A DNA stretch of 37,961 bases from contig CASFRQ010000178.1 in assembly GCA_949296785.1 (NCBI GenBank), forward strand, positions 1 through 37,961, read 5' to 3'. Shown piece after piece: positions 1-9,809 of this stretch; the stretch's first letter is position 1; the number at the start of each line of letters is the position of its first letter. The notes beneath the pieces are model-generated. The model saw only the letters and a program-made list of their open reading frames with translations, was not told where the DNA came from and ran no database searches. The position numbers were made by a program, and so were the translations under genes. This DNA comes from an uncultured Alphaproteobacteria bacterium. GTDB taxonomy: Bacteria > Pseudomonadota > Alphaproteobacteria > CASFRQ01 > SAAU01.

Positions 1-2329
1 AACGAACAGAAGACTGAAAAATTTCCGGTAAAGGAGGTTCCTCTTCCGTCGCAGAAAGCTTCTCCGAATCAGCTTTGACGACTTTTTTCACCCCGCTTGA
101 TTCCGGTTTAAAAAGTTCCTCTTTTCTTGTCAAATCCTCCGTTCTGGCGGAAAAACCTGCAAGGCCGTCATTTTTTTGCGCGGACGCCTCCGGCTCATCC
201 TCTTCAGAAATGGTGATAATCGTCTCCGAAGCATCTTCCTCGGCGCTTTCACCACTCGCCGGCTTCCCTCCCCGGCGCAAAGAGAAAAAAGGAGATTCCA
301 TCATAGAATCCGGAATAACGGAGATGCCGCTTTCCTCATCTTTTCTGTCTGATTCCCCGTCTTTTTTCGTTTCCCGGGCAGGAAAGCCGAAAGGAGATTT
401 TTTTTCTTCTTTTTCCTTTACAGGAGGCGTCAGGTTAAAAGAAGGAAGTTCTCGCGAAAAATGTTTATCCGCCTGAGCCGTTTCGTTTCCGGACGACCCG
501 GACCCGACATTTTCAGAAATCACCGGCCGGACTGACGGAGAACCGAATGTTCCCGTTTGCGGCGTTATCCTGTAATAAGAAGGCCCCTTCTCATTATCGC
601 CTTCCCCTTCGGGAGAGTTGATTCCCGTCGCCACAATGGACACTCGGATTTTTCCTGTCAGACTTTCATCACAGCAAGCGCCGAAAATAATATTCGCATC
701 AGGGTCCACCTCATCCCGAATGCGTTCAGCAGCTTCGTCCACCTCCATCAAAGACAAGTCGGCCCCTCCGGAAATATTGATAAGCACCCCTTTTGACCCT
801 TTCATGGAACTGTCATCCAGCAAAGGATTGGCAATCGCTTTTTCCGCAGCGTTCAAAGCGCGGTTTTCGCCTTCGGCCTCCCCGCTGCCCATCATGGCCC
901 GGCCCATTTGACTCATAACCGTGCGAACATCCGCAAAATCAAGGTTAATCAGTCCCGGCGCCAGCATCAAATCTGTAATGCTGCGCACGCCCTGGTACAA
1001 AACATCATCCGCCATTTTAAAAGCCTCGGCAAAAGTCGTACTGGGTTTGGCAATTCTAAACAAATTCTGATTCGGAACAATGATTAAAGTGTCTACATAT
1101 TTGGAAAGTTCCTCAATGCCCCTTTCAGCTGTTTCCATCCGGCGGCGACCTTCAAAATGAAAAGGTTTGGTGACAACGCCGACCGTCAGAATACCCATCT
1201 CCCTTGCCAGTTTCGCAATGACGGGCGCCGCCCCCGTCCCCGTGCCGCCGCCCATGCCGGCCGTAATAAAAAGCATATGCAGATTTTCAAAAGCCTCCTG
1301 CAACTTATCCAAAGATTCTTCCGCCGCCTGCCGGCCAATTTCCGGACGGGCACCCGCCCCCAGTCCCTGTGTCAAAGATGTGCCAAGTTGAATCCTTTCG
1401 TTGGCCAAAGAAGCCATTAGCGCCTGAGCGTCCGTATTAGCCACAATAAAAGAAGAACCGTTCAATTTCGCCCGTATCATATTGTTAATGGCGTTACCGC
1501 CGGCGCCGCCCAAACCCACGACACCGATATTCGGCGTCAACAAAACCTCGGGGGCCGCCCCCGCCAGACCGATGGAAAAACCACTCTCTTCGGCGGCGGT
1601 AATATTTTCCTCTTTGTTTTGGCCGGAAACCGGCGATTGCAAAGCTTCCGTCCCTTCCTTTTTCGTTTCCGTCACAGACGCCTCTTCTCGCATATTTTCC
1701 CTTTCAATCTCATCCTGACAACCCAATTCGCCAAAATCCCGGCGACTGCTTAAACTTTCCCCCTCTTCAAAATTTTTCTCGGGAACAGCCGACTCACCGT
1801 CAAACGAAACTGCTTCTTCTCGTTCCGTTTCTTTCTCGGCGACCGGTTCGCCCTGCAAAGGAAAAATTCCGTACGAAACCGTCCGCGCATCCAAAACGCC
1901 CTCCTCTTTTCCGAAGGCGTCAACAGGTGCTTTTTCCTCCGCGCCCGTATCAAAAGAAACCTCCTGTTCAGAGGAGGCAGTCCTCCCTCCTCCCGATGCT
2001 GAACCTTTTTCCTCATTTCCAGCACGGAAGGGAATCTCTTCTTCTCCTTCTCTCAGTTTTTCATTTTTATCCGATTCATCGGAAAGCTCTTTTCCTTCAT
2101 CAGAATTTTCAGTGACACCGGAAAAAACTTTTGTTTCCGTCCTTTCTTTTTTTCCCCCATCTTCCTGATGAACGATGATACTGTCGGCTGCTTCTTTTTT
2201 CTCCAAAGAATCCTCCCGCCTCTTCATTGTTTTTTCAACGGAGACAAAGGAAGAAAGTTCCTCTTCGGAAGAACGAACCTCCCCTTTTCCGCCGGCAACA
2301 GCCTGTTCTAAAAATTCTGTATCAACCAT
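1..2329 (-). CDS. ftsZ: Cell division GTPase FtsZ (3' end lies beyond the left window edge; start uncertain, either ATG 2329 or internal ATG 1693)
   Basis: Missing from the ORF track because the minus-strand frame is open to base 1. Hand translation gives [44 protein letters not shown] (tubulin/FtsZ signature GGGTGTG), [15 protein letters not shown] and [11 protein letters not shown], then a long S/E/K-rich linker that runs off the window. The same frame stays open upstream to a TGA at 2369-2371. ATG 2329 has GGAAGGA 7 nt upstream; ATG 1693 has AAGGGA. Confidence 0.9.
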   Translation of the reverse strand, partial: MVDTEFLEQAVAGGKGEVRSSEEELSSFVSVEKTMKRREDSLEKKEAADSIIVHQEDGGKKERTETKVFSGVTENSDEGKELSDESDKNEKLREGEEEIPFRAGNEEKGSASGGGRTASSEQEVSFDTGAEEKAPVDAFGKEEGVLDARTVSYGIFPLQGEPVAEKETEREEAVSFDGESAVPEKNFEEGESLSSRRDFGELGCQDEIERENMREEASVTETKKEGTEALQSPVSGQNKEENITAAEESGFSIGLAGAAPEVLLTPNIGVVGLGGAGGNAINNMIRAKLNGSSFIVANTDAQALMASLANERIQLGTSLTQGLGAGARPEIGRQAAEESLDKLQEAFENLHMLFITAGMGGGTGTGAAPVIAKLAREMGILTVGVVTKPFHFEGRRRMETAERGIEELSKYVDTLIIVPNQNLFRIAKPSTTFAEAFKMADDVLYQGVRSITDLMLAPGLINLDFADVRTVMSQMGRAMMGSGEAEGENRALNAAEKAIANPLLDDSSMKGSKGVLINISGGADLSLMEVDEAAERIRDEVDPDANIIFGACCDESLTGKIRVSIVATGINSPEGEGDNEKGPSYYRITPQTGTFGSPSVRPVISENVGSGSSGNETAQADKHFSRELPSFNLTPPVKEKEEKKSPFGFPARETKKDGESDRKDEESGISVIPDSMMESPFFSLRRGGKPASGESAEEDASETIITISEEDEPEASAQKNDGLAGFSARTEDLTRKEELFKPESSGVKKVVKADSEKLSATEEEPPLPEIFQSSVR

Positions 2330-3561
2330 TGCGCAATCCTTCCAAATACCCCGTGGGGGACTTTTAACTCACTTTTCTTATAAATAGTTTTTTTTGCCTG
2401 TTTGTTCAAGGCATACCTTAAAAGACCGACGCTCGTAGCAAATGCCGGTTCATTCCATCCGGAAGGCAAGCCTCGCACATGGATTGGCCTGGACAACTGC
2501 ACATGCGCCTGTAACGCCGAGGCTGTTTTTTCTCTCAGCCCTTCCAACTGGCTGGCGCCACCCGTCAAAACGACATGTTGCGCCGCAATATGGTATTGGC
2601 TGACCGAAGAAAGGTACATTTGAATTGTTTCAAGCATTTCGTCAACGCGGGATTCTATAATGTCGTTTAAATATGCTTTTGTTGACGGATAAAAAGCATT
2701 ATCCTGCGATTCGCCGACCACGCGGATATTCAAGGTTTCATTTTCGTCTCTCGGAGAACTGAAAGCCGCCCCTTCCAAAGTCTTTAAACGTTCAGCCTCC
2801 GTAAACGAAGTCATCAGTCCCTGCGCGATATCTTTCGTTATCAAATTACCTCCGAGAGGCAAAGTCGCCACCGCGCTCAAAGCGTCATTCAGATATAAAG
2901 CAATGGAAGTCGTATCCGCGCCGATATCAATCAACGCGGCGCCAACCTTTCTCTCTTCCGTCGTCAGGCACGCCAAAGCCGACGCATAAGGAGTCGCCAC
3001 TTTATAATCTATCCCCAGCCGGCATTTGTTCAAGACCGTTTCCAAATTTTTCATATGACTGACGGGTAAACAGATAAAATGCAGCTTCACGCCCAGGATT
3101 TTTCCGTACAGACCGCGAGGATCTTCTATTCCTTCCTGATCATCCACAATATAGTACAAAGGCATTTGCAGAATAATCTCCTGATCGGCCAAATCCACTT
3201 GCTTTAATGTTTGGTCAACCAGTCTCTTCACATCAGAGGAAGTAACGGGATGGTCGTCTTCTATTTCAATTTCCGACTGAATAATCTTTGAAACCAGCTT
3301 TGAAGAAGACACATTTACAATAACGGAGGAAACATGCAACTGCGCTTCCTTCTCCGCTTTTAAAACAGCGGATTGAATACATTGAGCGGCGGCCTCAACA
3401 TCCGTAATCATGCCTTTTTTTATTCCCTGCGCCTGTTGATACCCCACGCCCAAGACATCAATCTGTCCTTCCATAGGCACGGATTGCGCTATCAGGCAGA
3501 CAACCTTGCTGGAACCAATATCCAACGCGCAGATATAGCCTTTTTTCCCAACCTTAGGCAT
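2308..3561 (-). CDS. ftsA: Cell division protein FtsA (actin-like ATPase)
   Basis: The ORF track frame 2308..3573 contains [14 protein letters not shown] (phosphate-1 motif), [13 protein letters not shown] and [12 protein letters not shown], and sits between ftsQ and ftsZ. I prefer ATG 3561 (GAGAGGG immediately upstream) over the TTG at 3573. Confidence 0.93.
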   Translation of the reverse strand: MPKVGKKGYICALDIGSSKVVCLIAQSVPMEGQIDVLGVGYQQAQGIKKGMITDVEAAAQCIQSAVLKAEKEAQLHVSSVIVNVSSSKLVSKIIQSEIEIEDDHPVTSSDVKRLVDQTLKQVDLADQEIILQMPLYYIVDDQEGIEDPRGLYGKILGVKLHFICLPVSHMKNLETVLNKCRLGIDYKVATPYASALACLTTEERKVGAALIDIGADTTSIALYLNDALSAVATLPLGGNLITKDIAQGLMTSFTEAERLKTLEGAAFSSPRDENETLNIRVVGESQDNAFYPSTKAYLNDIIESRVDEMLETIQMYLSSVSQYHIAAQHVVLTGGASQLEGLREKTASALQAHVQLSRPIHVRGLPSGWNEPAFATSVGLLRYALNKQAKKTIYKKSELKVPHGVFGRIAQWLIQNF

Positions 3562-4468
3562 CCCTCTCTCCAAACAGTTCTTCCGGTGTCAAAGTTTCCT
3601 GTGCTTTTACTTCGGCTGAGTCTTTATTCCCCTGTCCGGCGGATGACCCGGCCTCCCCTTCCTTTGCTTTAACAATCAGCCTGTCATCCATCCTGAGATC
3701 TATATGTTCCAGGTTCCTGTCCAAAAGGCGGTATGTTTTTTCCAACTTTTCAAGGCGTTCCAACGCCTCTTTTTCCCCTTCTTCCGGCAGTTTGATAACC
3801 AGAGGATCTTCCAACGAATCCAGCCACAAATCCCACCGACGGCCGGAAATACGGCGCAAAGAACGCACGCGTTCATACAGGTCGGGATGCTCTTCCAAAA
3901 CGCGTATCAGCTCCGGCGCCAAAGAATCGGCGCCGTCCCCTACGACAATTATCAAAGATTCCAGCCCTTTCGCACTGGTTTCTATTAAGTTCCCCTCCGT
4001 ATCCAAAGGATAATGCACTCCTTGGGACTGATATAAGGCAATAGGTGTTTTCTCCTCCATTTTAACATATAAGATATGGGGAAGGTGCCTTTCAACCTGA
4101 ACCGACTTCACCCAAGGCAGCAATTCTATCCTTTGTTTTATTTCCTCCAAATCCAAAGCCATAATCGGCATTCCCCTGCGCACATTAAGCGCCAGAGACA
4201 TATCTTTCAAAGAAGTACGGACACGCCCTTCAATAAAAACCTCCTTCAAAGAAAAACCCGCTTCGCTTGAAGCGACTTTTGCCTTCATTTTCATATTTTC
4301 AATTTGGTTTGAAACAAAACCGCTTTTTACCCCCCATACCACAACAGCGAAAAAACAGGTCAACAGGATAAAAAGAACCAATGCGGAAAATCTTTTCACC
4401 CATGATTTAATCCTGTCCCACTTGCCGGTAGGAGATTTTTTAAAAAAAACATCCGACTGTCTGCTCAT
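3554..4468 (-). CDS. ftsQ: Cell division protein FtsQ (single N-terminal TM segment, POTRA plus FtsQ domain)
   Basis: 304 aa with an N-terminal TM segment (ALVLFILLTCFFAVVVWGV). Its size and its position between murB and ftsA are as in dcw clusters. It has an acidic/low-complexity C-terminal tail. Confidence 0.85.
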   Translation of the reverse strand: MSRQSDVFFKKSPTGKWDRIKSWVKRFSALVLFILLTCFFAVVVWGVKSGFVSNQIENMKMKAKVASSEAGFSLKEVFIEGRVRTSLKDMSLALNVRRGMPIMALDLEEIKQRIELLPWVKSVQVERHLPHILYVKMEEKTPIALYQSQGVHYPLDTEGNLIETSAKGLESLIIVVGDGADSLAPELIRVLEEHPDLYERVRSLRRISGRRWDLWLDSLEDPLVIKLPEEGEKEALERLEKLEKTYRLLDRNLEHIDLRMDDRLIVKAKEGEAGSSAGQGNKDSAEVKAQETLTPEELFGERDA

Positions 4469-4507
4469 CTGCCTTTTACCTTGATTTTTTTAGTTCACAC
4501 AACCGGT

Positions 4508-5443
4508 CTAAGATCTCAAAAGAGGAATGCCGATGCGTTGCACCTCCCATTCCAAAGGAATACCGCTGTCCTCCAAAACTTTTTTACGGATTTCCTCTCC
4601 CAAAGTTTCCACATCCCCCGCCGTTGCTTTTCCCGTGTTCACAAGGAAATTGCAATGCTTTTGAGAAACTTCGGCACCGCCTACTTTCATACCGCGGCAA
4701 CCCGCTTTATCTATCAACCTCCACGCCTGTAACCCCTCTGGATTTTTAAAAGTGGAACCACAGGTTTTTACGCCGACAGGCTGGCTTTTTTCCCTCATTT
4801 CCTTATATCCGGCCATCGTCGCCGCGATATCTTCGGCGTTTTTCGGCGTCCCTTTAAAAGTCGCGCCGACAAAAATCCAATTGGAAGGCAATAAATTTTG
4901 CCTATATTGGAAAAATTCCGCATCCATAGGAATGGTTTTAATCTCCCCCTTCTGATTAATTAAACGGATAGAAATCAAAATATCCTTTATTTCCGAACCA
5001 TGAGCGCCGGCGTTCATCCTCAAAGCGCCGCCGACGCTTCCCGGAATGCCACACAAAAACTCAAATCCGGACAAACCGTTTTTCTGTGCTGTTTTGGCCA
5101 GCTCCATCACTAAAAGAGAAGCGCCGCACTCTATCGTATGGTCCTCGTTAACCTTACAATAAGAAAAATTTTTTCCCAAATGGATAACCAACCCCGGAAC
5201 GCCGCCATCCCGAACAATCACATTGGATCCGGCCCCCAAAAGCGTTGTCGGAATATTCAAATGGTGAGAAACCAAAAGAGCTAAATCTTCCTCATCTGCC
5301 GGTTCAAACAAAACCTCGGCGGGCCCGCCGACATTCATCCATGTCATTTTCGCCAGAGGAGCGTTTTCCGTCAACTTTCCACGCAAAGGAGGAAGCCTGT
5401 CCAATAAAAAAGAACGTTTGCGAGGTTTAAATAAATGAAACAT
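4508..5443 (-). CDS. murB: UDP-N-acetylenolpyruvoylglucosamine reductase MurB
   Basis: 311 aa. Contains RLPPLRGKLTENAPLAKMTWMNVGGPAEVLF and LLGAGSNVIV (FAD-binding domain) and the C-terminal GSTFKNP motif. Confidence 0.93.
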   Translation of the reverse strand: MFHLFKPRKRSFLLDRLPPLRGKLTENAPLAKMTWMNVGGPAEVLFEPADEEDLALLVSHHLNIPTTLLGAGSNVIVRDGGVPGLVIHLGKNFSYCKVNEDHTIECGASLLVMELAKTAQKNGLSGFEFLCGIPGSVGGALRMNAGAHGSEIKDILISIRLINQKGEIKTIPMDAEFFQYRQNLLPSNWIFVGATFKGTPKNAEDIAATMAGYKEMREKSQPVGVKTCGSTFKNPEGLQAWRLIDKAGCRGMKVGGAEVSQKHCNFLVNTGKATAGDVETLGEEIRKKVLEDSGIPLEWEVQRIGIPLLRS

Positions 5444-5933
5444 TTTACCTTTTCCTTTTTTCTATGCCTTTAATAACCAATATCCCCATTTGACCGCTGT
5501 CCTTTCCCAAATCGGGCGCGCTTTATTTTTTTAACCGGAAAAACGGCGGGCTGAAACAGACTTTTATTTTTCACCCGATTCTAAACGTTTTTCCTTCAGC
5601 AGTAAAAACCATCTTCCGTCATCGTAACAAAGCCCTGATATGTCCTTTTCAACTAAAAAAACTTTTCAAAGACCCATTTTGTATTTCATTCAACCTCATC
5701 CCGGCAGACAATTTTTTTATTCACATCAGACAAAAATTTTTCTTTGCAAAAACTCTTGTTCCAAATAGGCGGCCCTTTTCCTCTCGTATCCCCTGAACGA
5801 AACAGTTTTTTTCATTACCTGCCTCTCCAGCTTTAACCTTTTACTTTCCGGTCTGACCGCCCGGCAGATTCCCCGTCTGCAAAATTTCCGCCGCCAGAGA
5901 CGCATTCCATTTTTGTCCCCTCTTACCAAAAAA

Positions 5934-7340
5934 CTAAATTTCCAATACCAAATTATGAGCGTAAACCGTAATGGACCCCGCTCCCATGCAAACAACCAAA
6001 TCACCGGGGTTCACCCGTTTTTTCACTTCCGAGGCCAACCCGTCCCAGCCGGAAAGACAGACAACATCCTTTTTCTTTTCCGCCTTCAGGATATTTTCGG
6101 CGATAGTCTCTTTTGAAACACCGAAAATAGGGTCCTCCCCCGCCGAATAAATATCGGTAATAATAACACTGTCCGCCTGTTTAAAACAAGTCGCAAATTC
6201 GTTCATTAAGTTATACACCCGTGTATAACGATGCGGCTGGAAAACAGCGATAACTTTTCCTTTAGCGATATTTTTAGCCGCACTGAGAACAGAGCGAATT
6301 TCCGTCGGATGGTGAGCGTAATCATCATAAACCGACACGCCGCCTTTTTCTCCAACTTTTGTAAAGCGCCTTTGTACGCCGGCAAAATCCGCCAACCCTT
6401 TCTTAATTTTTTCCGCCGGAATTCCCAAGTACAATCCCATACCCAAAGCGGCCAAAGAATTCAAAACATTGTGAGGCCCCACGACCTGCAAATGGATATC
6501 TTGTATTTTTTCAGGTTTTTCGGATCCCTTTTTCATGTACAAAACATCAAAAAATTGCATGCCGTCTTTTGTCTTCAGGTTAACGGCGCGCAAGTCAGTT
6601 CCCTCCTCAAACCCGTAAGTCGTTATTTGAGGAAACTTTTCTCCTTTGAATTTTTCCGCCAACTTTTTTACTTGAGGATGATCAGCGCACAAGCACGCCA
6701 TACCGTAAAAAGGAATCTTCGTCAAAAATCTTTCAAACGCTTTCAATAGATTTTCAAAATCGCCGTAATGATCCAAATGCTCAGGATCTATGTTTGTAAT
6801 GACGATATTATCTGACGGCATTTTTAAAAAAGTACCGTCCGATTCATCCGCTTCCGCCACCAACCATTTTCCGACACCCGTTTTCATGTTGGCGCCAATC
6901 TGATTCAAAATACCGCCGATAATCAGATTCGGATCTGCGCCTGCCGCTTGAAGAACGGAATAAATCATCCCTGTCGTCGTCGTTTTTCCATGTGTTCCCG
7001 CAACGGAAATACAGGCGTACCTTTTCATGATTTCGGAAAGCATCTCTCCCCTTGTAAAAACAGGCAAACCCTGCGCTTTAGCGTACGCCAGCTCTTCGTT
7101 GTTTTCCCGAACGGCCGATGTGTAAACTACCACCCGCGCGTTTCGGACATGCTCCTTTCGGCAACCGATAAAAACAGGAATTCCCTTGCGTCGCAAGTTT
7201 TCCAAAACAGGCCTGTCCGACAAATCCGACCCCTGAACGGTAAAACCGTTGTCATGCATGAATTCGGCCAGTCCGCTCATACCTATCCCGCCAAGCCCTA
7301 TAAAATGAACAACGCCGAAATGTTCTCCTAAGCTAAGCAT
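5934..7340 (-). CDS. murC: UDP-N-acetylmuramate--L-alanine ligase MurC
   Basis: 468 aa. Contains HFIGLGGIGMSGLAE, the P-loop AGTHGKTTTT, and DDYAHHPTEI. Its start overlaps the murG stop by 8 nt. Confidence 0.95.
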   Translation of the reverse strand: MLSLGEHFGVVHFIGLGGIGMSGLAEFMHDNGFTVQGSDLSDRPVLENLRRKGIPVFIGCRKEHVRNARVVVYTSAVRENNEELAYAKAQGLPVFTRGEMLSEIMKRYACISVAGTHGKTTTTGMIYSVLQAAGADPNLIIGGILNQIGANMKTGVGKWLVAEADESDGTFLKMPSDNIVITNIDPEHLDHYGDFENLLKAFERFLTKIPFYGMACLCADHPQVKKLAEKFKGEKFPQITTYGFEEGTDLRAVNLKTKDGMQFFDVLYMKKGSEKPEKIQDIHLQVVGPHNVLNSLAALGMGLYLGIPAEKIKKGLADFAGVQRRFTKVGEKGGVSVYDDYAHHPTEIRSVLSAAKNIAKGKVIAVFQPHRYTRVYNLMNEFATCFKQADSVIITDIYSAGEDPIFGVSKETIAENILKAEKKKDVVCLSGWDGLASEVKKRVNPGDLVVCMGAGSITVYAHNLVLEI

Positions 7341-8556
7341 TCGGTGCCTCCTGTCCTTTATTCTCTTTGCCGAAAGCGCCTTGTTTAATAATTTTCTCAG
7401 CCGCTTGCGCTGTTTTTAAAGCTGCTTGCGTGTTCTTATGCGCCAGGGCGCAAGCACTCGCTTTTTCCAAAAGAACGGGATTTTCAATCAGTTCCTTTAT
7501 TCTGGATCGGAAACTCTCCTCCGTCAGTTCCGCCTCCGTCATCATCCAACCGGCACCTGTTTCCGTAAAGAAATAAGCATTCTTCACCTGATGATTATCT
7601 GCCGAAGTCGGTAAAGGAATTAAAATCGCCGGTCGGCCGAACGCAAACAATTCCGTAATTGTGGAAGCACCGGAACGCCCGACAACCAGATGAGCTTTTG
7701 CCATCAATTCCGGCATATTGGAAAAGAAAGGCGCCAAAACCACCTCAAAAAAACCGCCCGTTTCATACACGCCGCGCACCTGTTCCAGATTTTCGGCGCG
7801 CACCTGTTGCGTAATTCTTATTTTTTTCTTTAATTCAGAAGGCAACCCTTTCAAAGCTTTCGGTAAAAACTCGCCGAAAAAACGAGCCCCCTGCGACCCA
7901 CCGAAAACCAACAAGTCAAAGATACCCTCCTCCCTTTTGGGATACGGCGCTGGCAGATGTTTCAAAACCACAGGACGCACCGGCATGCCAACATGCATAG
8001 ATCTGACGCCTTCCGGAATCCTCTCCGTTTTTTCAAAAGCAGTCGCGACCAAAGCCGCCCTTTTTGCAAGCAACCTGTTTGCTCTGCCCAACACAGCATT
8101 TTGTTCATGCAGCATCACCGGGATTCTCAAAATTTCCGCAGCGATGCCCGTCGGAACGGATGCATAACCGCCAAACCCCATTACCAAAGACGGTTTCAGG
8201 CGACAAAGCAACCATAACGCCTGCATCACGCCGATGCCCAATTTAAAAGCGGCGACAACTTTTGAAAAAAAGTTCTTTCCCGTAACGGATTCCGCCATCA
8301 AACGGTAAATTTTCATCCCGCTTAAAGAACCCGTAAACTCCTTCCCGCGGCGGTCCGTCATAAAAACCAGACGAAACCCTTTTTTCTGCAATTCCACCAT
8401 CGTTGTTTCGGCCGGGAAAATATGCCCGCCGGAACCACCTGTCGTTATCACGACAAGAGGAACCTTTTTCTCTTTTTTCCTTGCCGTGGACAAAGGCTCT
8501 TCCTTTTCTTCTTTCCGGTCGGCGCCTGTTTTTTCATTCAACAACGATTGTGTCAT
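7333..8556 (-). CDS. murG: Lipid II glycosyltransferase MurG, with an extra charged N-terminal segment of about 30 aa
   Basis: 407 aa. Contains the G-loop TTGGSGGHIFPA and the C-terminal GRSGASTITE...ADNHQ motif. ATGA overlap with the ftsW stop. Confidence 0.93.
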   Translation of the reverse strand: MTQSLLNEKTGADRKEEKEEPLSTARKKEKKVPLVVITTGGSGGHIFPAETTMVELQKKGFRLVFMTDRRGKEFTGSLSGMKIYRLMAESVTGKNFFSKVVAAFKLGIGVMQALWLLCRLKPSLVMGFGGYASVPTGIAAEILRIPVMLHEQNAVLGRANRLLAKRAALVATAFEKTERIPEGVRSMHVGMPVRPVVLKHLPAPYPKREEGIFDLLVFGGSQGARFFGEFLPKALKGLPSELKKKIRITQQVRAENLEQVRGVYETGGFFEVVLAPFFSNMPELMAKAHLVVGRSGASTITELFAFGRPAILIPLPTSADNHQVKNAYFFTETGAGWMMTEAELTEESFRSRIKELIENPVLLEKASACALAHKNTQAALKTAQAAEKIIKQGAFGKENKGQEAPNA

Positions 8557-9677
8557 TCCAAATCTCCTTTTTCCGGGTGCAACCTCGTCAAAGACAACAA
8601 AGCCCCCATTCCGAATGCGATAGATATCAGCGAAGAACCGCCATAGGAAATAAACGGCAAAGTCATTCCTTTTGTCGGTATTAAATGCAAAGTGGACGAA
8701 ACATTAATCACCACTTGGACGCCAAACTGCATCAAAAGACCGGCGCCCGCCAAAATCGTAAATAAATTTGTTTCTTTCATAATCAGCAAAAAACCTCTGC
8801 ATATTATAAAAGCAAATATAAACAGAAGTAAACAACAAAGAATAAAACCAAACTCTTCCGCCACGACGGCCATAATAAAATCCGTATGGGCATCCGGCAA
8901 AGAAGCCTTAACAATCCCTTCTCCGGGCCCCAAACCGAACCAACCGCCGTTTCTAAAAGCCTCCAAAGATTTGGACACTTGATACATATCCCCCGTTTCG
9001 GGATTTAAGAATCGGTCAATGCGGCTTTGCACATGATCAAACATGAAATAGGCACCGCCCAACCCTAAAATCCCCAGCAAACCCAAAAGAAAAATCACAA
9101 AAATAGGCAGCCCCGCCAAAAACAATTCAATCCCGTAAATTGCCGAAAGAGTGATACTCATTCCCAAATCCGGCTGCAATAAAAGCAAAATTAAGATAAC
9201 TCCGAAAACCGCCGTTGTTATTTCTTTGGCGGGAAAGTTCTTAATCAACCGTCCGGATGCCAAAATCCACGCGCAAACAATGGCGAACGCCGGCTTCATA
9301 AACTCCGACGGCTGAAGGCTGAACCCCGCGATGGTAATCCATCTTTTTGCCCCCTTGATATCACTGCCCTTCACCAGAGTCAAAAACAACAGCACAAAAG
9401 ATGCCAAAAAGACCAAAACAGCCAATCTGCGAACATTTTTAGGCGATAAAAAAGACATAAACAACATCAGTCCCGTTGCCGGAACCAAAAAAAACAACTG
9501 TCTTTTTATAAAATAATACATGTCTACCCCGATGCGTTCCGCCACGCCCGGAGAGGCCGAAAATGTCAAAAAAACGCCCGCAAGTATTAAAGCAAACAAA
9601 GCGAATAATAACGGTCTGTCAACAGTCCACCACCAGTTTGTCAGCATCATTTTGGCATACGACCATAATTTTTTCAT
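8553..9677 (-). CDS. ftsW: SEDS-family peptidoglycan polymerase FtsW
   Basis: 374 aa polytopic membrane protein. Contains QPSEFMKP and PTKGMTLPFISYGGSS, and sits in the dcw position next to murG. Confidence 0.92.
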   Translation of the reverse strand: MKKLWSYAKMMLTNWWWTVDRPLLFALFALILAGVFLTFSASPGVAERIGVDMYYFIKRQLFFLVPATGLMLFMSFLSPKNVRRLAVLVFLASFVLLFLTLVKGSDIKGAKRWITIAGFSLQPSEFMKPAFAIVCAWILASGRLIKNFPAKEITTAVFGVILILLLLQPDLGMSITLSAIYGIELFLAGLPIFVIFLLGLLGILGLGGAYFMFDHVQSRIDRFLNPETGDMYQVSKSLEAFRNGGWFGLGPGEGIVKASLPDAHTDFIMAVVAEEFGFILCCLLLFIFAFIICRGFLLIMKETNLFTILAGAGLLMQFGVQVVINVSSTLHLIPTKGMTLPFISYGGSSLISIAFGMGALLSLTRLHPEKGDLE

Positions 9678-9809
9678 TTTCTTAGCTTTCTTTTCCTTTT
9701 TTCTCCGACCTCTTTTGATTTCAGAGAAAACTTCTCTCTTTCATTTATAGGCATCAGACCCTTTTTCTCAAGACATCCGACCGTATTCTTCCCGGCGTTT
9801 CTTCGGAAT

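Noticed and set aside
75-1718. Plus-strand ORFs 75..476, 557..796, 618..911, 1157..1420, 1167..1391 and 1482..1718
   Set aside because: All lie antisense to the clearly recognisable FtsZ frame (GGGTGTG signature on the minus strand). They give low-complexity translations with no motifs and are shadow ORFs.
1750-2387. ORFs 1750..2025 (-), 1927..2115 (+) and 2175..2387 (+) in the ftsA-ftsZ interval
   Set aside because: They overlap the purine-rich in-phase FtsZ upstream frame. Their translations are R/K or S/F-rich junk typical of off-frame reading of GAA/GAG-rich DNA, and they have no SD.
9674-9754. 26-codon basic mini-ORF (MPINEREKFSLKSKEVGEKRKRKLRK) whose TGA overlaps the ftsW ATG
   Set aside because: It is too short and compositionally trivial (an A/G-rich spacer), with no convincing SD. 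I noted it only as a possible coupling ORF or murD relic, and it shows no similarity to the MurD C-terminus by eye.
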